The notes under the pieces: generated by a model
Databases searched by the model: none
Told to the model about the DNA's origin: nothing
The model's input: the letters and a program-made list of their open reading frames with translations, nothing else
From: an uncultured Planctomycetaceae bacterium
GTDB lineage: Bacteria; Planctomycetota; Planctomycetia; Isosphaerales; Isosphaeraceae
Direction of reading: 5' to 3'
Assembly: GCA_963816015.1 (NCBI GenBank)
Contig: CAWFJM010000039.1
Span: 34,605-98,604, forward strand
DNA: 64,000 nt
Made by a program: the position numbers and the translations under genes
Shown: positions 52,301 through 63,799 of the stretch, piece after piece
Position numbering within the stretch: position 1 is the first letter of the stretch
Layout of the letters: each line of letters starts with the position of its first letter

Positions 52301-52446
52301 GGGCGTCGATGTCCGCGGGCGTGAAGTCGATGTGGATCATCGTCGTGGCCGGGTCGGATTCCGGGTGCCGTACTGGATGCAAGAGCCAGCCAGCTTATGA
52401 GGCGCACCCGGCCACGACAACCCTCAACTTTCGGCCGCGTAGAGTA
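49305..52446 (-). mobile_element. IS630-family element interrupted by IS1634 (transposase 52340-49309)
   Basis: IRs TACTTTACCCGGCC / GGCCGCGTAGAGTA with TA duplication; LDNARYQ and LPAYSPNLNLIE. Confidence 0.92.
49721..51720 (-). mobile_element. IS1634-family element copy 2 (2000 bp; transposase 51532-49784)
   Basis: Near-identical to copy 1; CTAG duplicated at 49717-49720 and 51721-51724. Confidence 0.95.
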
Positions 52447-52452
52447 TAAAAA

Positions 52453-53985
52453 GAGACTCCTCGCTGATCTCCACCGCGGTCTCATGCAACACGACGAGAT
52501 GAGTGGTCGGGCTGGGCTCGCGGCTTGCTTCGCCTCACGGGCTTCGGCCGACCGCGCCTTTCCGTTCCCGCCGGAGTCCATTCCCTCCAGATCCCATCGA
52601 GCGTCAAGACAACGAACCGGACCAGCGTCCGGCGGCGCCGCCACTTGTATCGCACCTTCTCCAGGAACCGGAACATCCGGTTGGTCCGCTCCACGTGGTT
52701 GTTGGTCCGCACCCGCCGACTGACCGGGTTCTTCAGGTACGCCATCAGCTTGAGGAACTTCTCCTCATCCAGTTGCCCCATCGCCTTGACCAACTCGGGC
52801 ACGGCCCGGAACGCTGGGTCGCGCACGATCGCGGCCCGGCGGCAGCCCGCCTGCTGGGCATCCTTGGGCGTGTCGAACAGCCAGTAGACCCGGTCGGCGA
52901 ACCGTCGCAACACCGCCAGCTCGGGCAGGTACTCCAGAATCCGCGTCAGGTCGTCCCGCTCCGCCTCGGTGAGGTTCTCCCGGCGCTTCACGACCAGGTG
53001 ACGGTGCTTGAACACGAAGTGCGCCTTCTCCTTGACCGTAGGGCCGCTCCGGGCGGCGGCCTTGGCCTTCTTGCTCTTGCGGCCTCGCTTCTTCTTGCGG
53101 CCGGCCTTGCCCCGCCGGCTCATCGCCGTCCGCAACCGCCGCACCGCGTCGAGGATCAGCTTGTTGATGTCCTTGATGACGTGAAACACGCACAACTGGT
53201 GGTCCGCCTCGGGCCACAGTTCGGCCAGCACGGCGGGGTAGAGGTTCGAGCCGTCGGTCACCACGATGCGGGGGTCCAGGCCCCAGGTCTTGAGGTTGCC
53301 CAGGAACCGCCGCATGTGCGGCTGATCGTTGGCGGCAACCAGGGCGAAGGCCACCGGCAGGTCGCTCAGCGGGTCGGTGGCCAAGAGCAGGGTGAAGCGG
53401 CCCAGGTGCAGTTCGTCGACGCAGAGCGTGCCGCTGAACTGCTCCAGGACCTTGCGACGATGCGCGGACATGTCGAGCCCCGCGGCGAAGTCGTGGAGCA
53501 CGTCGTAGAAGAACCCCGAGGAGAGGTCGAGGAGGAACTCGCGGCGGATCGACTGGTGGGTCCGTTCGATGCTCATCCCGTCCTTGAGGATGCGATCGAC
53601 CACCAGGTCTCGGACCTTGTCGTCGTACTTGGCCTTGGGGCGGACGCCCTCGGGGGAGTTCCGGAAGGTGGTTCGGCAGCCGCACCGGGCGGCGTACTCG
53701 CCGTAAGTGATCTCCAGGAAGGCGACGGCCTTGGAGGCGATGGTCCGGACCCTTCGGGTCAGGGTCCGCTTCCGTCGGCCCCGTTTGCCGCACTTCGGGC
53801 AGGGGGCCTTCTTCGGCGCGCAGTGAACCGGGATAACGACGGGTGTGGGTGCTTCGGTGCCCATGCTTGCGTCCTTGGTGAAGAGGCCGTGTTCAACCTC
53901 ATTCACCGGGACGCAGGCCCTATCCTTCAAGCTCAAAACGCCTTACCGCTGGCCGACCTCCTGGTGGAGATCAGCGAGAAGTCTC
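52453..53985 (-). mobile_element. Mutator/IS256-superfamily-like IS with N-terminal zinc finger (transposase 53864-52482)
   Basis: IRs GAGACTCCTCGCTGATCTCCACC / GGTGGAGATCAGCGAGAAGTCTC; 8-bp TSD GATAAAAA; VDE, VTDG, QLCVFH, TNNHVER. Confidence 0.88.
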
Positions 53986-55097
53986 GATAAAAATCCCTCC
54001 GTACCAGCGAGATGCAGATCAGTGGGACGAGGTCAAGAAAAGCCTGTTCATTGAGTCGGTTCTCAATCGACTCACGGTACCTGCGTTCTACCTCGCCCCG
54101 AATGAAGCTGATTCACAGGTCTCCGATGTCGTCGATGGTCAACAGCGGCTCACGACGCTACTGGCTTTCTTCAACAATGAGTTCACCCTTCTCAAGAGCG
54201 ACGTCTGCCCCTACTACGGGAATAGCTTGCATTACGCGGGGAAGAAATACAAGCAGCTCGCCGACGTCTGGCAGAAGACGTTTCGCCGATACAACCTGAC
54301 TCTCGTGATTCTGCCCCAGACCGTGGATCTCAGCCTTCGGTTGGAGATTTTCCGGCGGATCAACGAGGGCGGAACGCCTCTGAGCGGCCAGGACATTCGC
54401 CTCAGCTACTATAGCGAGTCAACCTGCGTTCGGTTCATGCAGGCTGTCGGGATCTTCGATTCCTCCCGGCCGGGAGCAATGCGGATGATCCAGGCTTTGG
54501 GGTATCCACGACCTTCGTCGCAATTCCCCGAACGAGAAGCCGCATGGAAGGAGTGGTGGGAGGACAGCAAAGCAGCCATTGGACAAAGGGCGTCCGAAAG
54601 GTTTCTCTGGCATCTGATTGATCGGTACTGTGACAAGGTTGATGACCTCCTCGCCGATCAGCAGGCGCTTGCGAACCTCAGGATCAGGTCCCGAGGCAAT
54701 ACTGAAGAGGTTCTGGACATCGTCTGTGCTCAGTTCAAGAAAGAGGATCTTCACCCGGACGAGCCCCGGTTGTTCCCAACAGAGGCACAGCTCCAAGATG
54801 ACGCGTTCCCGCAGTTCTCAAAATGGTGGAATGATATCCGGATGGCGTGCGGCCCCCCAGCGCGAGTGTCGCCAAACATCGATCTATAGCACTCCTGATT
54901 CCCGCCCTTGAGAGAGTTTTCGGTACCAACACCCCTTCCCAAACCCAGTGGGGCTTCATCGGCCGGTTCCTCAAGGCTACGCGCGATACAGCGCGGACGG
55001 TCCTCAAGGTTGAGTTCCCCGAGTCGAAGGGCAAGTGGACGTCCCAACACAAGCAGCTGGAAGCCTTCGACAAAGTGGCGCAGGAGATTGCGAAGCG

Positions 55098-55376
55098 ATG
55101 AGCCAACCGCCCTACTTATCGGAATGCGATCTCGAATCGCGGACCTACCCCTCAGATTGGAAATGGACCTACTACAGCCTCCATGGGGGGACGAAGGGCG
55201 GATATCAGTGCCCGATGTGCAAGCGGGTGTTCATCGGCCCAGGCGGGGAAGGCTACGGGCAGCTTCACGGTGACCACGCCACCTCTTGGTCAGACGGCGG
55301 CCGAACAACCTGGAATAACCTTCAACTCCTCTGCGGTCCGTGCAACCTCCGGAAGTCGGGGCGTTCCCGTCATTGA
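55098..55376 (+). CDS. Stand-alone HNH endonuclease
   Basis: CPMC...HGDH...GG.T..NNLQLLCGPCNLRK; ATGA overlap with the DUF262 gene. Confidence 0.88.
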   Translation: MSQPPYLSECDLESRTYPSDWKWTYYSLHGGTKGGYQCPMCKRVFIGPGGEGYGQLHGDHATSWSDGGRTTWNNLQLLCGPCNLRKSGRSRH

Positions 55377-55504
55377 CGGGCGCGATGGCCTCACACAACG
55401 ATTACTTTCCCTCTTCGTCCTCCAGCTTCGCAAGGGTAATGAGACGCATCGTCAACACGTCATCGAAGACTGATTGCCCACAAGCCCCCGACAGGGCCCC
55501 CTGC

Positions 55505-55700
55505 TCATCGCCGCACTTGCGACAGTCCTTCCCAGTAGGCCTCGATCTGCTCGAGCGATCGCCCCTTGGTCTCCGGGACCATCGTCAGGACCATCACGAA
55601 CGCCAGCAGGCTGATGGCGCTGTAGATCCAGAACGTGACCGCCGGGCCGACGCGGGGGCTGTCGTTGAGGATGGGAAATGTCCGCACGACGATGAAATTC
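55505..55700 (-). pseudogene. Sugar-porter MFS C-terminal fragment
   Basis: VPETKGRSLEQIE signature; upstream part absent. Confidence 0.8.
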
Positions 55701-56065
55701 CTCGGATCCCCGGCGCTGAACGCCTCGCCTGCGGCACGAGGCGCGAGCGGGCTCAGGCCGGCAATCCCATCAGCCATCATCGCAATGAACCGTTGTCACT
55801 TAACCGGTCGTCGGGGACCGAGGGTCGAGCTCATGGTCGGGCGTGGTGTCTTCGTGGGTTGGTTTGTCAGAGGCATGGAGCCCCTTTCGGAGCGGAGGAC
55901 CGTCTGCATCTTATCGCGCGCGTCCCGGTGGAACCATCCGGTGCCCTTGGAGTTCTGATTCCGCTGGACCCCGATCGACCATCGTCGCAGAACCAGAGGC
56001 CCGGGGCACGCCACCATGTGGTAAGCTGAATTGGGATTTCGGCAGGAGGCTTCGGAGGAAATCGA

Positions 56066-57462
56066 GTGAGCGATCCAGGCGCCACGGGAAAGCGCATCGT
56101 CCTGACGGCGGTCGGGTCGCTGGGGGACCTGTACCCTTATCTCGCCATCGGCCTGGGGCTACGGGCGCGGGGCCACGACGCGATCATCGCGACCAGCGAA
56201 TGCTATCGGCGAAACGTCGAGGGAGTGGGACTCGGCTTCCGCGCCTTGCGACCCGACTCGGTTTCGGTCGCCGACCCGGAGGTGATGTGCCGGTTCATGG
56301 ATCTTCGCCGGGGCACGGAGCGAGTGCTGCGGAACTGGATCCTGCCCGTCCTGCGGGAATCGTACGAGGACACACGAGCTGCGGCTGAACGAGCCGACCT
56401 GCTGGTCTCGGACCCGATCACGTTCGCCACCAGGCTGGTCGCCGAGAACACGGGCACGGCGTGAGCATCGACGATGGTCAGCCCGGCCGGGTTCTTCTCC
56501 TCCCTCGCGCCTCCCCTGTTGCCCGGCTACCCCGGGCTCTCGAGAGTGATGCGCACGTTCGGCCCGGGTTTCTGGGCCCCGATGGGCCGCTTGCTCAGGC
56601 GAGCCACTCGCTTCTGGGCCAGACCCTGGCATCGGCTCCGGCGCGAGATCGGCCTTCCCCCGACAACCGAGCTGAACCCGCTGGTGGATGGTCAGGCGCC
56701 GGCGCTTCACCTGGCCCTGTTCTCATGCTGGCTCGCCAGCAAGCAGGCGGACTGGCCGCCGCAAACCACGATCACCGGCTTTCCGTTTCATGACCGGGAC
56801 TCCGAAGCCGGTCTGCCCCCGGACCTGGCTCGATTTCTCGACGACGGCCCGCCGCCCATCGTCTTCACCCTGGGATCATCGGCGGCCTCGATCGCCGGAC
56901 CGTTCCACGAGCGCAGCGCCGCTGCCGCAAGGCGGCTGGGCGCAGGGCGGTTCTCATCCTTGGAGACCCCCGCACTCGTCCCCGGTCCTTGCCAAAGGGC
57001 GTGGCCGCATTCGACTATGCTCTCTTCTCCATCCTCTTCCCCAGGGCCGCCGCCGTGGTCTTCCCCGGCGGCATTGGCACGACGGGTCTGACCATGCGAT
57101 CGGGCCGGCCAATGCTGGTGGTACCGCACGCCCATGACCAGCCCGACACGGCTGACCGTCTCACCCGGTTGGGGATCGCTCGCACCATCGACCGACATCG
57201 CTACACCACGGAGCGTGCTGCAACGGAGCTCGGCCGGCTGCTCGACGACCCGGCGTTTTCCCGGCGGGCACACGACATCGGCGAGAAGGTGCTGCGGGAA
57301 GACGGAGTTGCCGCCGCTTGCCAGGCTCTCGAAGCCTTGCTGGCACCCTCTCGCCGGCAGGAATTCGTCCAGGGCCGGACAGACCACCAGCCGGCCGGAT
57401 CGACACTCGTCCATGATGGACCAGGAGCAACTCCCCTCAATGACCCTCACCGAGGAACCTGA
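56066..57462 (+). CDS. GT1-family glycosyltransferase (RhlB/MGT-like), split over three frames
   Basis: [28 protein letters not shown]. Confidence 0.82.
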
Positions 57463-58033
57463 GCAGCTCGGCATGGAACGTGGCTGGATCGCTCATGTAC
57501 GGGGCGTGGCTGCCACCGGGGATGACGACCTTGCGGCCCACCTTCGCGGAGGAGGCCAGCAGGTCGGCTTGCTCCTGCGGGATCAGCGTGTCGCGCTCGC
57601 CCCAGACCGCCAAAACCGGGGCCGTGATCTGCGCCAGCCGATCCGCGTAATCCAGGATCCCCACAGGAGCGACCGCGACGAACCCGGAAACCTTCTCCGG
57701 GCTCTCGGTCACCAGCGGCAGAGCGTATCGCCCGCTCATCGACGGTGATACCACCACCGACCTGTCGATCTTCAGCAGATCGATCAGCACCCTCAGCCAG
57801 GTCCGTGGCGTCCCCAGGGTCGGCGTGGACTGCCCATACCCCGGAAGGTCCACGGCATAGACGAGGAATCCCGCACCGGCGAGCACACTCATCGTGCCGA
57901 TCTGTTTCCAGGTCGCCGACGAGAAGCTGGCTCCGTGCAGCAGAACGACTGGGCGACCGGTCTCCTGGCCTTCGATCAGGTACTGAACCCTTCCACCCTC
58001 CACCTCGATCTCGCGTGCCTGGTGCTTGATCAT
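57437..58033 (-). CDS. Alpha/beta hydrolase (ABHD14-like)
   Basis: LLHGASF, DLPGYG, SPSMSG, SHAPY. Confidence 0.88.
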   Translation of the reverse strand: MIKHQAREIEVEGGRVQYLIEGQETGRPVVLLHGASFSSATWKQIGTMSVLAGAGFLVYAVDLPGYGQSTPTLGTPRTWLRVLIDLLKIDRSVVVSPSMSGRYALPLVTESPEKVSGFVAVAPVGILDYADRLAQITAPVLAVWGERDTLIPQEQADLLASSAKVGRKVVIPGGSHAPYMSDPATFHAELLRFLGEGH

Positions 58034-58080
58034 GGTCTCCTCCCTCGCCGGTGATGAGCCGAGAGCGATACCCTTACCGA

Positions 58081-58530
58081 TCAATCTTGATCTCCATGAG
58101 CGGCTTTTGACAGACCAAGGGTGATCCGTCCGCGACGCCCTGGACTGCGGGATGGTCTCAGAATGGCGCGAGTCGCCAGAACGCCCACGTAGGGACCCAT
58201 GAGCCAGAAGAAACAGGTCGCCGGGAGCAGCCCAACATTCTGGTCCAGACCGAGGGGCTTTGCCAGTGCGATCAGGCCGATCGCAAGAAACTCAGGCAGC
58301 CAGATCAGAAAGATCGTCGCCCAGAGCCGGAACCGTCCGGGTTGAAGTGTGGCCCACACGAAGACCATCGTCAGTCAGGGCACCGCCACCACGACAAAGG
58401 TGAGATACCAGTCGTACTCCAGGCCCTCCATGTCTCGGAGCGGCAGCAGGAGTGCAAGCGCCAGGGCACAGAAGGCCACCAAATCCAGCAAGTGGGACCG
58501 TCGGAATTGACCGCATCTCGCTCGTGTCAT
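58081..58530 (-). CDS. Hypothetical membrane protein (apparent frameshift)
   Basis: Hydrophobic helices continue across two frames. Confidence 0.5.
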
Positions 58531-58636
58531 CGTGGGCCATTCTGTCGTCACGTTGAGGGAGTGGGAGGGGCATGGCAGGGGATCGGACTGGATCGGATTG
58601 CGCCACGAGCGGATTCACCGGCCTTTTTCCCTCCGT

Positions 58637-59407
58637 TCACTCGAACCTGAGGTGCACCACCGATTCTCCGGAATCCCGCAGCTCGACCAGTGAGTCAATG
58701 CCGATCTCCAGGTGTTCCCTCACGAACTTCTCCGTCACCCGTTTGTCGCTGCGGCTGGTCTTCACGCCCTCCGGCGTCATGGGGCTGTCCGAGACCAGCA
58801 GCAGCGCCCCCTTCGGGATATGATTGACGAACCCGACAATGAAGAGCGTGGCCGTCTCCATGTCAATCCCGGAGGCCCGGATCTGCTTGAGGTAATCCCT
58901 GAACTTCTCGTCGTGCTCCCAGACGCGCCGGTTGGTCGTGTAGACCGTCCCCGTCCAGTAATCGAATCCGTGCTTGACGATCATCGCCGACACCGCCTTC
59001 TGGAGCCGGAACGACGGCAGAGCGGGGATCTCGGGTGGCATGTAATCGTTGCTGGTTCCCTCGCCCCGAATGGCGGCGATGGGGAGGATGAAGTCGCCCA
59101 CCTTGGTCTTCTTCAGCCCCCCGCATTTTCCCAGGAACAAGACTGCCTTGGGCTCCACTGCGGCAAGGAGGTCCATGACCGTCGCCGCCATGGCGCTCCC
59201 CATGCCGAAGTTGAGGATCGTGACATTCTCGGTGGTGGCGGACTGCATCGGATGGTCCCGACCCACAACCTCGACCCCAAACCGTTGCGCGAACATCTCG
59301 ACGTAATTGCCGAAGTTGCTCAGGAGGATGTATTTCCCAAACTCGTCGAGCGAGCGCCCCGTGTACCGGGGTAACCACTCCTTGACGATCTCGGCCTTGG
59401 TTCTCAC
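58637..59407 (-). CDS. amn: AMP nucleosidase (short type)
   Basis: WLPRYTG, NFGMGS, FLGKCGG, YTTNRRVWE, IDMETAT. Confidence 0.92.
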   Translation of the reverse strand: MRTKAEIVKEWLPRYTGRSLDEFGKYILLSNFGNYVEMFAQRFGVEVVGRDHPMQSATTENVTILNFGMGSAMAATVMDLLAAVEPKAVLFLGKCGGLKKTKVGDFILPIAAIRGEGTSNDYMPPEIPALPSFRLQKAVSAMIVKHGFDYWTGTVYTTNRRVWEHDEKFRDYLKQIRASGIDMETATLFIVGFVNHIPKGALLLVSDSPMTPEGVKTSRSDKRVTEKFVREHLEIGIDSLVELRDSGESVVHLRFE

Positions 59408-59835
59408 AACGGTCTCTCCTCGAGAACGATCGCCCATCCCAGGGCGCGACGCCCGGCTGCTGCGCTCACCCTGCCTTGAGCCCCCAGGGACCACGGGCAT
59501 CCCCCTGCCCCGATCGTGGGAGGATGCTCTGGACCCCGCGGAATAGGCCACCGGGGCCATTCATCCAACGGAACTGCCGCAGCCATATCGGAGCGGCGCT
59601 CCTGACGATGCCCGATTGAACCGGTCTAGCGGATGGGAAGACGGCACGCCTTGATCGGGTAACCTACGTCATCCTGCCCGCAGGACGCTCTGATCTCGCC
59701 GACAAGAGCCTGATCCAGCGGCTTGCGGGAGTGCAGCCCGCAGGCCCAAGCCAGCGATCCTCAAGAATCGTCCCCGCGGTCACGCCCCCGCGACCTGGAT
59801 ACTGCGAAAATGACGCCACGTCACGGGCCACATAG

Positions 59836-59924
59836 CGGAGAGGGTGGGATTCGAACCCACGTCGCAGCTTTCGCCACGAACGGCATTTCCAGTGCCGCAC
59901 CTTCGGCCTCTCGGTCACCTCTCC
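59836..59924 (-). tRNA. tRNA-Ser(GGA)
   Basis: Acceptor stem GGAGAGG/CCTCTCC; anticodon loop CT-GGA-AA; long variable arm; GGTTCGAATCC; CCA not encoded. Confidence 0.95.
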
Positions 59925-60116
59925 GAATCTTCTGAACTCTAAGCTGTTTCTCTGGTTGCGTCGTCCAATCTTATGCTGATTCTTGGCAACAACTGCTTCG
60001 CAACGCTCCTTGGCAACAATTGGGAAGCCGAATCACAAGTTTGAAGATACCGAACGTGCGGCATTCCTGGCAAGAAAATCTGGACTATCGGCTTGAGGAA
60101 GGGATGCGATCAATTC

Positions 60117-60386
60117 AGCCCTCTGGCCCTCCGGTGGCGGCGGTTTGGGCGGCTTGACAATGTCGGAGGATGGCGGCTTGGACGAGGTCGAGGAATCCTT
60201 CCGCGCCGCGGCGAGTTGCTCCTGGAGACGAGCGACAGTGGCCTCAAGCGCCTTCAACCGCACCTCTTGGGCGTCCAACTTCGCCTGCAGGAGTGTACAG
60301 TTCGGGCAAGACTTCCATGCCTTGGGTCTCATGGCGGGCTATGCTACATCCTTGGTCGAGAATACACAACACCGGTGAACGGCTAC
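60117..60386 (-). pseudogene. IS66-like remnant: left end plus transposase N-terminus
   Basis: GTAGCCGTTCACC end at 60386; coiled coil followed by DSSTSSKPPSSD. Confidence 0.75.
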
Positions 60387-60540
60387 AACTCTTTTGGCCG
60401 AGGATTAAGGACTTACGTTGAGAGCGGTGACTGTACAAACGGGTTGGGCGAATCTTTACACATAGCGCTTTTCGATGGCTACATTCCGAAAAGATGTATG
60501 TCCCCCCGTGGCCTGGGTTCGCTAGGGCATCAAAAAGTTC

Positions 60541-60679
60541 TATGTCCCCCTATGTGGCTGTCTATGTCCCCCTATGTGGCTGTCTATGTCCCCCTATGTG
60601 GCTGTCTATGTCCCCCTATGTGGCTGTCGATGTCCCCCTATGTGGCTGTCTATGTCCCCCTATGTGGCTGTCTATGTCC
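60541..60679. repeat. 22-bp tandem array TATGTCCCCCTATGTGGCTGTC, left part (6 full units plus a partial)
   Basis: Direct reading. Confidence 0.95.
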
Positions 60680-63613
60680 CAGGGCCGCCGCATCAAGATA
60701 GCGATCTGACGTAGCTTGGGGGAAGCTCGCCGGCGTACAACGGGGGGTCTTCACGAGGCTCTTCTGCCGGCCCCCAATGGACGCGATCATGCCCAGCGAC
60801 GGACCCACCACGTTCCACGACCACTTCCAGGACCTCACCGACCCCCGCGTCGAACGCACCCGCAAGCATCCCCTGATCAACATCGCCTTCATCGCCGTCT
60901 GCGCCGTCCTCTCCGGGGCCAACTCCTTCGCCGCCATCCACGAATTCGGTACCGACCGTAGGACGTGGCTGACCCGCTTCCTCGACATGACCAACGGCAT
61001 CCCCTCCGAGGATACGTTCCGGCGCGTCCTGCGCGGCTCGACCCGACCGCGTTCGAGACGGCTCTCCGGGGCTGGATGCAGGCGATGCAGGAGATCACCG
61101 GCCATCGCCTGGTCGCCATCGACGGCAAGACGCTGCGCGGCTCGTACAACAAGCGGGACGGCAAGGCGGCGATCCATATGGTCTCGGCCTGGGCCACCGA
61201 GAACAAGCTGTCGCTGGGGCAGGTCGTTGTGGACGAGAAGTCGAACGAGATCACGGCGATCCCCGCGGGCACTTTCTCAAAACCGTCCTCTGCAGGCGGT
61301 AGCGGGTGGACAATTCCCGTCGGGACGTGTGCAATCGTGGGGGTGATCCCCCCGATCAGCCTCGACGGAGCGAGTCCCCATGCCCACGATCCCGCAACGC
61401 ATCTCCAGCGCCTTCGCCGTCCTCTGCGGTCAATACGGCGACGTCACCCGGATGGCCAAGGACCGCGAGCAATCGCGGCAGTCGCTGTACCGCGAGGCCC
61501 GGCAGGTCGCCGAGGCCGTCGACGGCGCCGCGGCCCGGGCCCGCATCGACGAACTCGAGCGACGACTCGCCGAGCGGCAGGCCGAGGTCGCAGGCCCTCG
61601 AGGAGAGGCTCAGGCACGCCGTCGAGATCACCACCGACAAGCAGCACGAGTTCGCCACCGTCGCCCAGGCCGAGGGGGTCAGCCTGGGCGTGGCCCGGCG
61701 GCTGTTGCAGGTCATGTCCGGGCCGAGCCGCGGTCGCGCCGTGGCGACGCTGGGGCGGGCGACCCTTGAGGCCGGCAAGAAGGCCGGCCCGCTGCTGAAG
61801 GTGCTCGACGAGGCGGTCCGCCCCGCGGTCAAGCAGGCCACCGCCGATGAGATTTTTTTGGCCGCCGACCCGTCCTGATGGTCGTCGAGCCCGAGAGCCT
61901 CTGCTGGCTCACGGGCCGGCTGGTCAAGGCGCGTGACGGGGCGACCTGGGCCGAGGAGTTCGCGCGCTTCCCGGCGCTGGAGGCGGTGGTCCGTGATGAC
62001 GGCTCGGGGCTGGGCAAAGGGGTGAAGCTGGAGCGCGCCCGCCGGCTCGCGGCCGGCCAGCCCGACCTCGACGACTCGCTCGACGTCTTCCACACGTCCC
62101 ACGAAGGGGGGCGTGCGCTGCGGAAGACCTGGGGTGCGGCCACCCGCGCCTTGGAGCGGGCCGACGTGGCCCAGAAGGAGTTCGATCGGCGTGGCCGTCA
62201 GGGACAATCGTGCCAGGGTCATGGCGCGCCCCTGAACCGGCTCTGGCGCCAGGCCGAGCGGCTCTGGGATCAAGCCGCGGCGGCCGAGACGGCCTGGAAG
62301 CAGGCCAAGTCGGCGTTCGAGTTCTTCACCCCCGACGGCCGGCTCAACGACCGGGCCCGGGCCGAGGCGGTGATCGCCGCGGCGCTACCGCACTTGAGCG
62401 GGGCGGCGTGGGCCAAGACCCGTCGGTTGTTGGTCCGCCGGGAGAGCTTCACGTTCCTGGATCAGGTGCAAGGGCGGTTGGCGGGGTTGGGCCTGGACCC
62501 CGACGTCCTGTCGGCCCTGCTGGACCTGGAAGGCCTGCGCCGCCAGCCGTGGCGGCTGTCGGCCGCGACGCGAGCCTGGGCGTTGGTCCGCACGGTCCAG
62601 CTGGAGAAGGCGTGTCCGGACTGGCGCGACGAGGCCAGTCGGGTCCGTGCCGTGCTCCGCGGCGTCTGGCGTGCGAGCAGCCTGGTGGAATGCGTCAACA
62701 GCGTGGCGCGGATGCAGCAGGCGCGGCATCGGAAGATGACGCAGGGGTTGCTGGACCTGAAGCGGCTGTACTGGAACCTGCGGCGGTTCCGGACCGGCCA
62801 CCGCAAGGATCAGACGCCGTACGGCCTGCTGGGCCTGGGACTCCCCGAGCTGAGCTTCTGGGAGTTCCTCAAGCTGACCCCGGAGGAATTGCGCGAAAAA
62901 CTGTCCGCGATGGGAGATACGACGTGAGATAGTGCCATCCCCGCGTTGCTGGAGTTGCTGGAACTGTCCGGGGCGGTGGTGACGATCGACGCGATGGGCT
63001 GCCAGAAGGAGATCGCCGCGACGATTCGTGAACGCGGCGGCGACTATGTGCTGGCGGTCAAGCTGAACCAACCGACGCTGTATGAACAGGTCTGTAAGGC
63101 CGTCGATGAAGGCCTGGAGCAGGACGCCGCACAGATCGACGAGCATCAGACGGAGGAGATCGGGCACGGTCGTCAGGAGAGACGGACGTATGCGATCTTC
63201 CCGGCCCCGGAGGGTGTCGATCCGGAGGGCCTGTGGCAGAACCTCAGCGCCGTGGGGGTAACGTTCTCAGAGCGGACCGATTCGCGGGGAGGCACGAGCC
63301 TGGAGGGCCGGTATTACATCCTGAGCCGGCTGCTCACGGCGAAGGAGTTCGCCGGAGCGGTACGGGGCCACTGGGGGATCGAGAACCATCTGCACTGGCA
63401 GTTGGACGTGAGCTTCCGTGAAGACGACTGCCGCGTCCGCACGGGCCATGCAGCGGCGAACCTGAGTGTCATCCGGCGGTTTGCCCTCGGGCTCCTCAAG
63501 CGCGAGACGGATTGCCGACGCGGGATCGAGACCAAGCGGCTCAAGTGCGCTATGAGCGATGACTACCGGGAGAAAGTCCTGTTCGACACATGACATAAGA
63601 TGCTGTTTCCCTG
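60680..63613 (+). mobile_element. ISAs1-family element inserted in the 22-bp array (transposase 60777-63593, interrupted)
   Basis: CAGGG...CCCTG ends; 10-bp TSD GTCTATGTCC; IDGKTLRGS, KSNEITAIP, IDAMGCQK, HWGIENHLHW. Confidence 0.95.
61268..62936 (+). mobile_element. DDE-type IS of uncertain family inside ISAs1 (transposase 61380-62927)
   Basis: IRs GGCACTTTCTCA / TGAGATAGTGCC; 9-bp TSD ATCCCCGCG; DEIF, VRDDG, DVFH, RASSLVE. Confidence 0.88.
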
Positions 63614-63799
63614 GTCTATGTCCCCCTATGTGGCTGTGGATGTCCCCCTATTGTGGCTGTCTATGTCCCCCTATGTGGCTGTCTATGTCCCCCTATGTGG
63701 CTGTCTATGTCCCCCCTATGTGGCTCCATGTCCCCCTATGTGGCTCCTATGTCCCCCTATGTGGCTCCCGCATTCGAAAAGCGCTATGTCCCCCTATAG
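63614..63799. repeat. 22-bp tandem array, right part (~7 units, degenerating), closed by CGAAAAGCGCTATGTCCCCCTATAG
   Basis: Direct reading. Confidence 0.93.

Larger units (their letters stand above)
49206..55101 (+). pseudogene. DUF262 (ParB-like/GmrS) protein split by nested IS elements; coding parts 49206-49304 and 53986-55101
   Basis: Rebuilt MNNQ...FKEAEIKIPPYQRDADQW..SLFIES...VVDGQQRLTT; EIFRRINEGGTPLS. Confidence 0.88.

Noticed and set aside
59836-59924. tRNA-Sec supporting the selenoprotein candidate
   Set aside because: The anticodon is GGA and the acceptor stem is a normal 7 bp, so it is tRNA-Ser
60541-63799. 22-bp repeats as a CRISPR array
   Set aside because: Units are contiguous with no unique spacers, and there are no cas genes in the window
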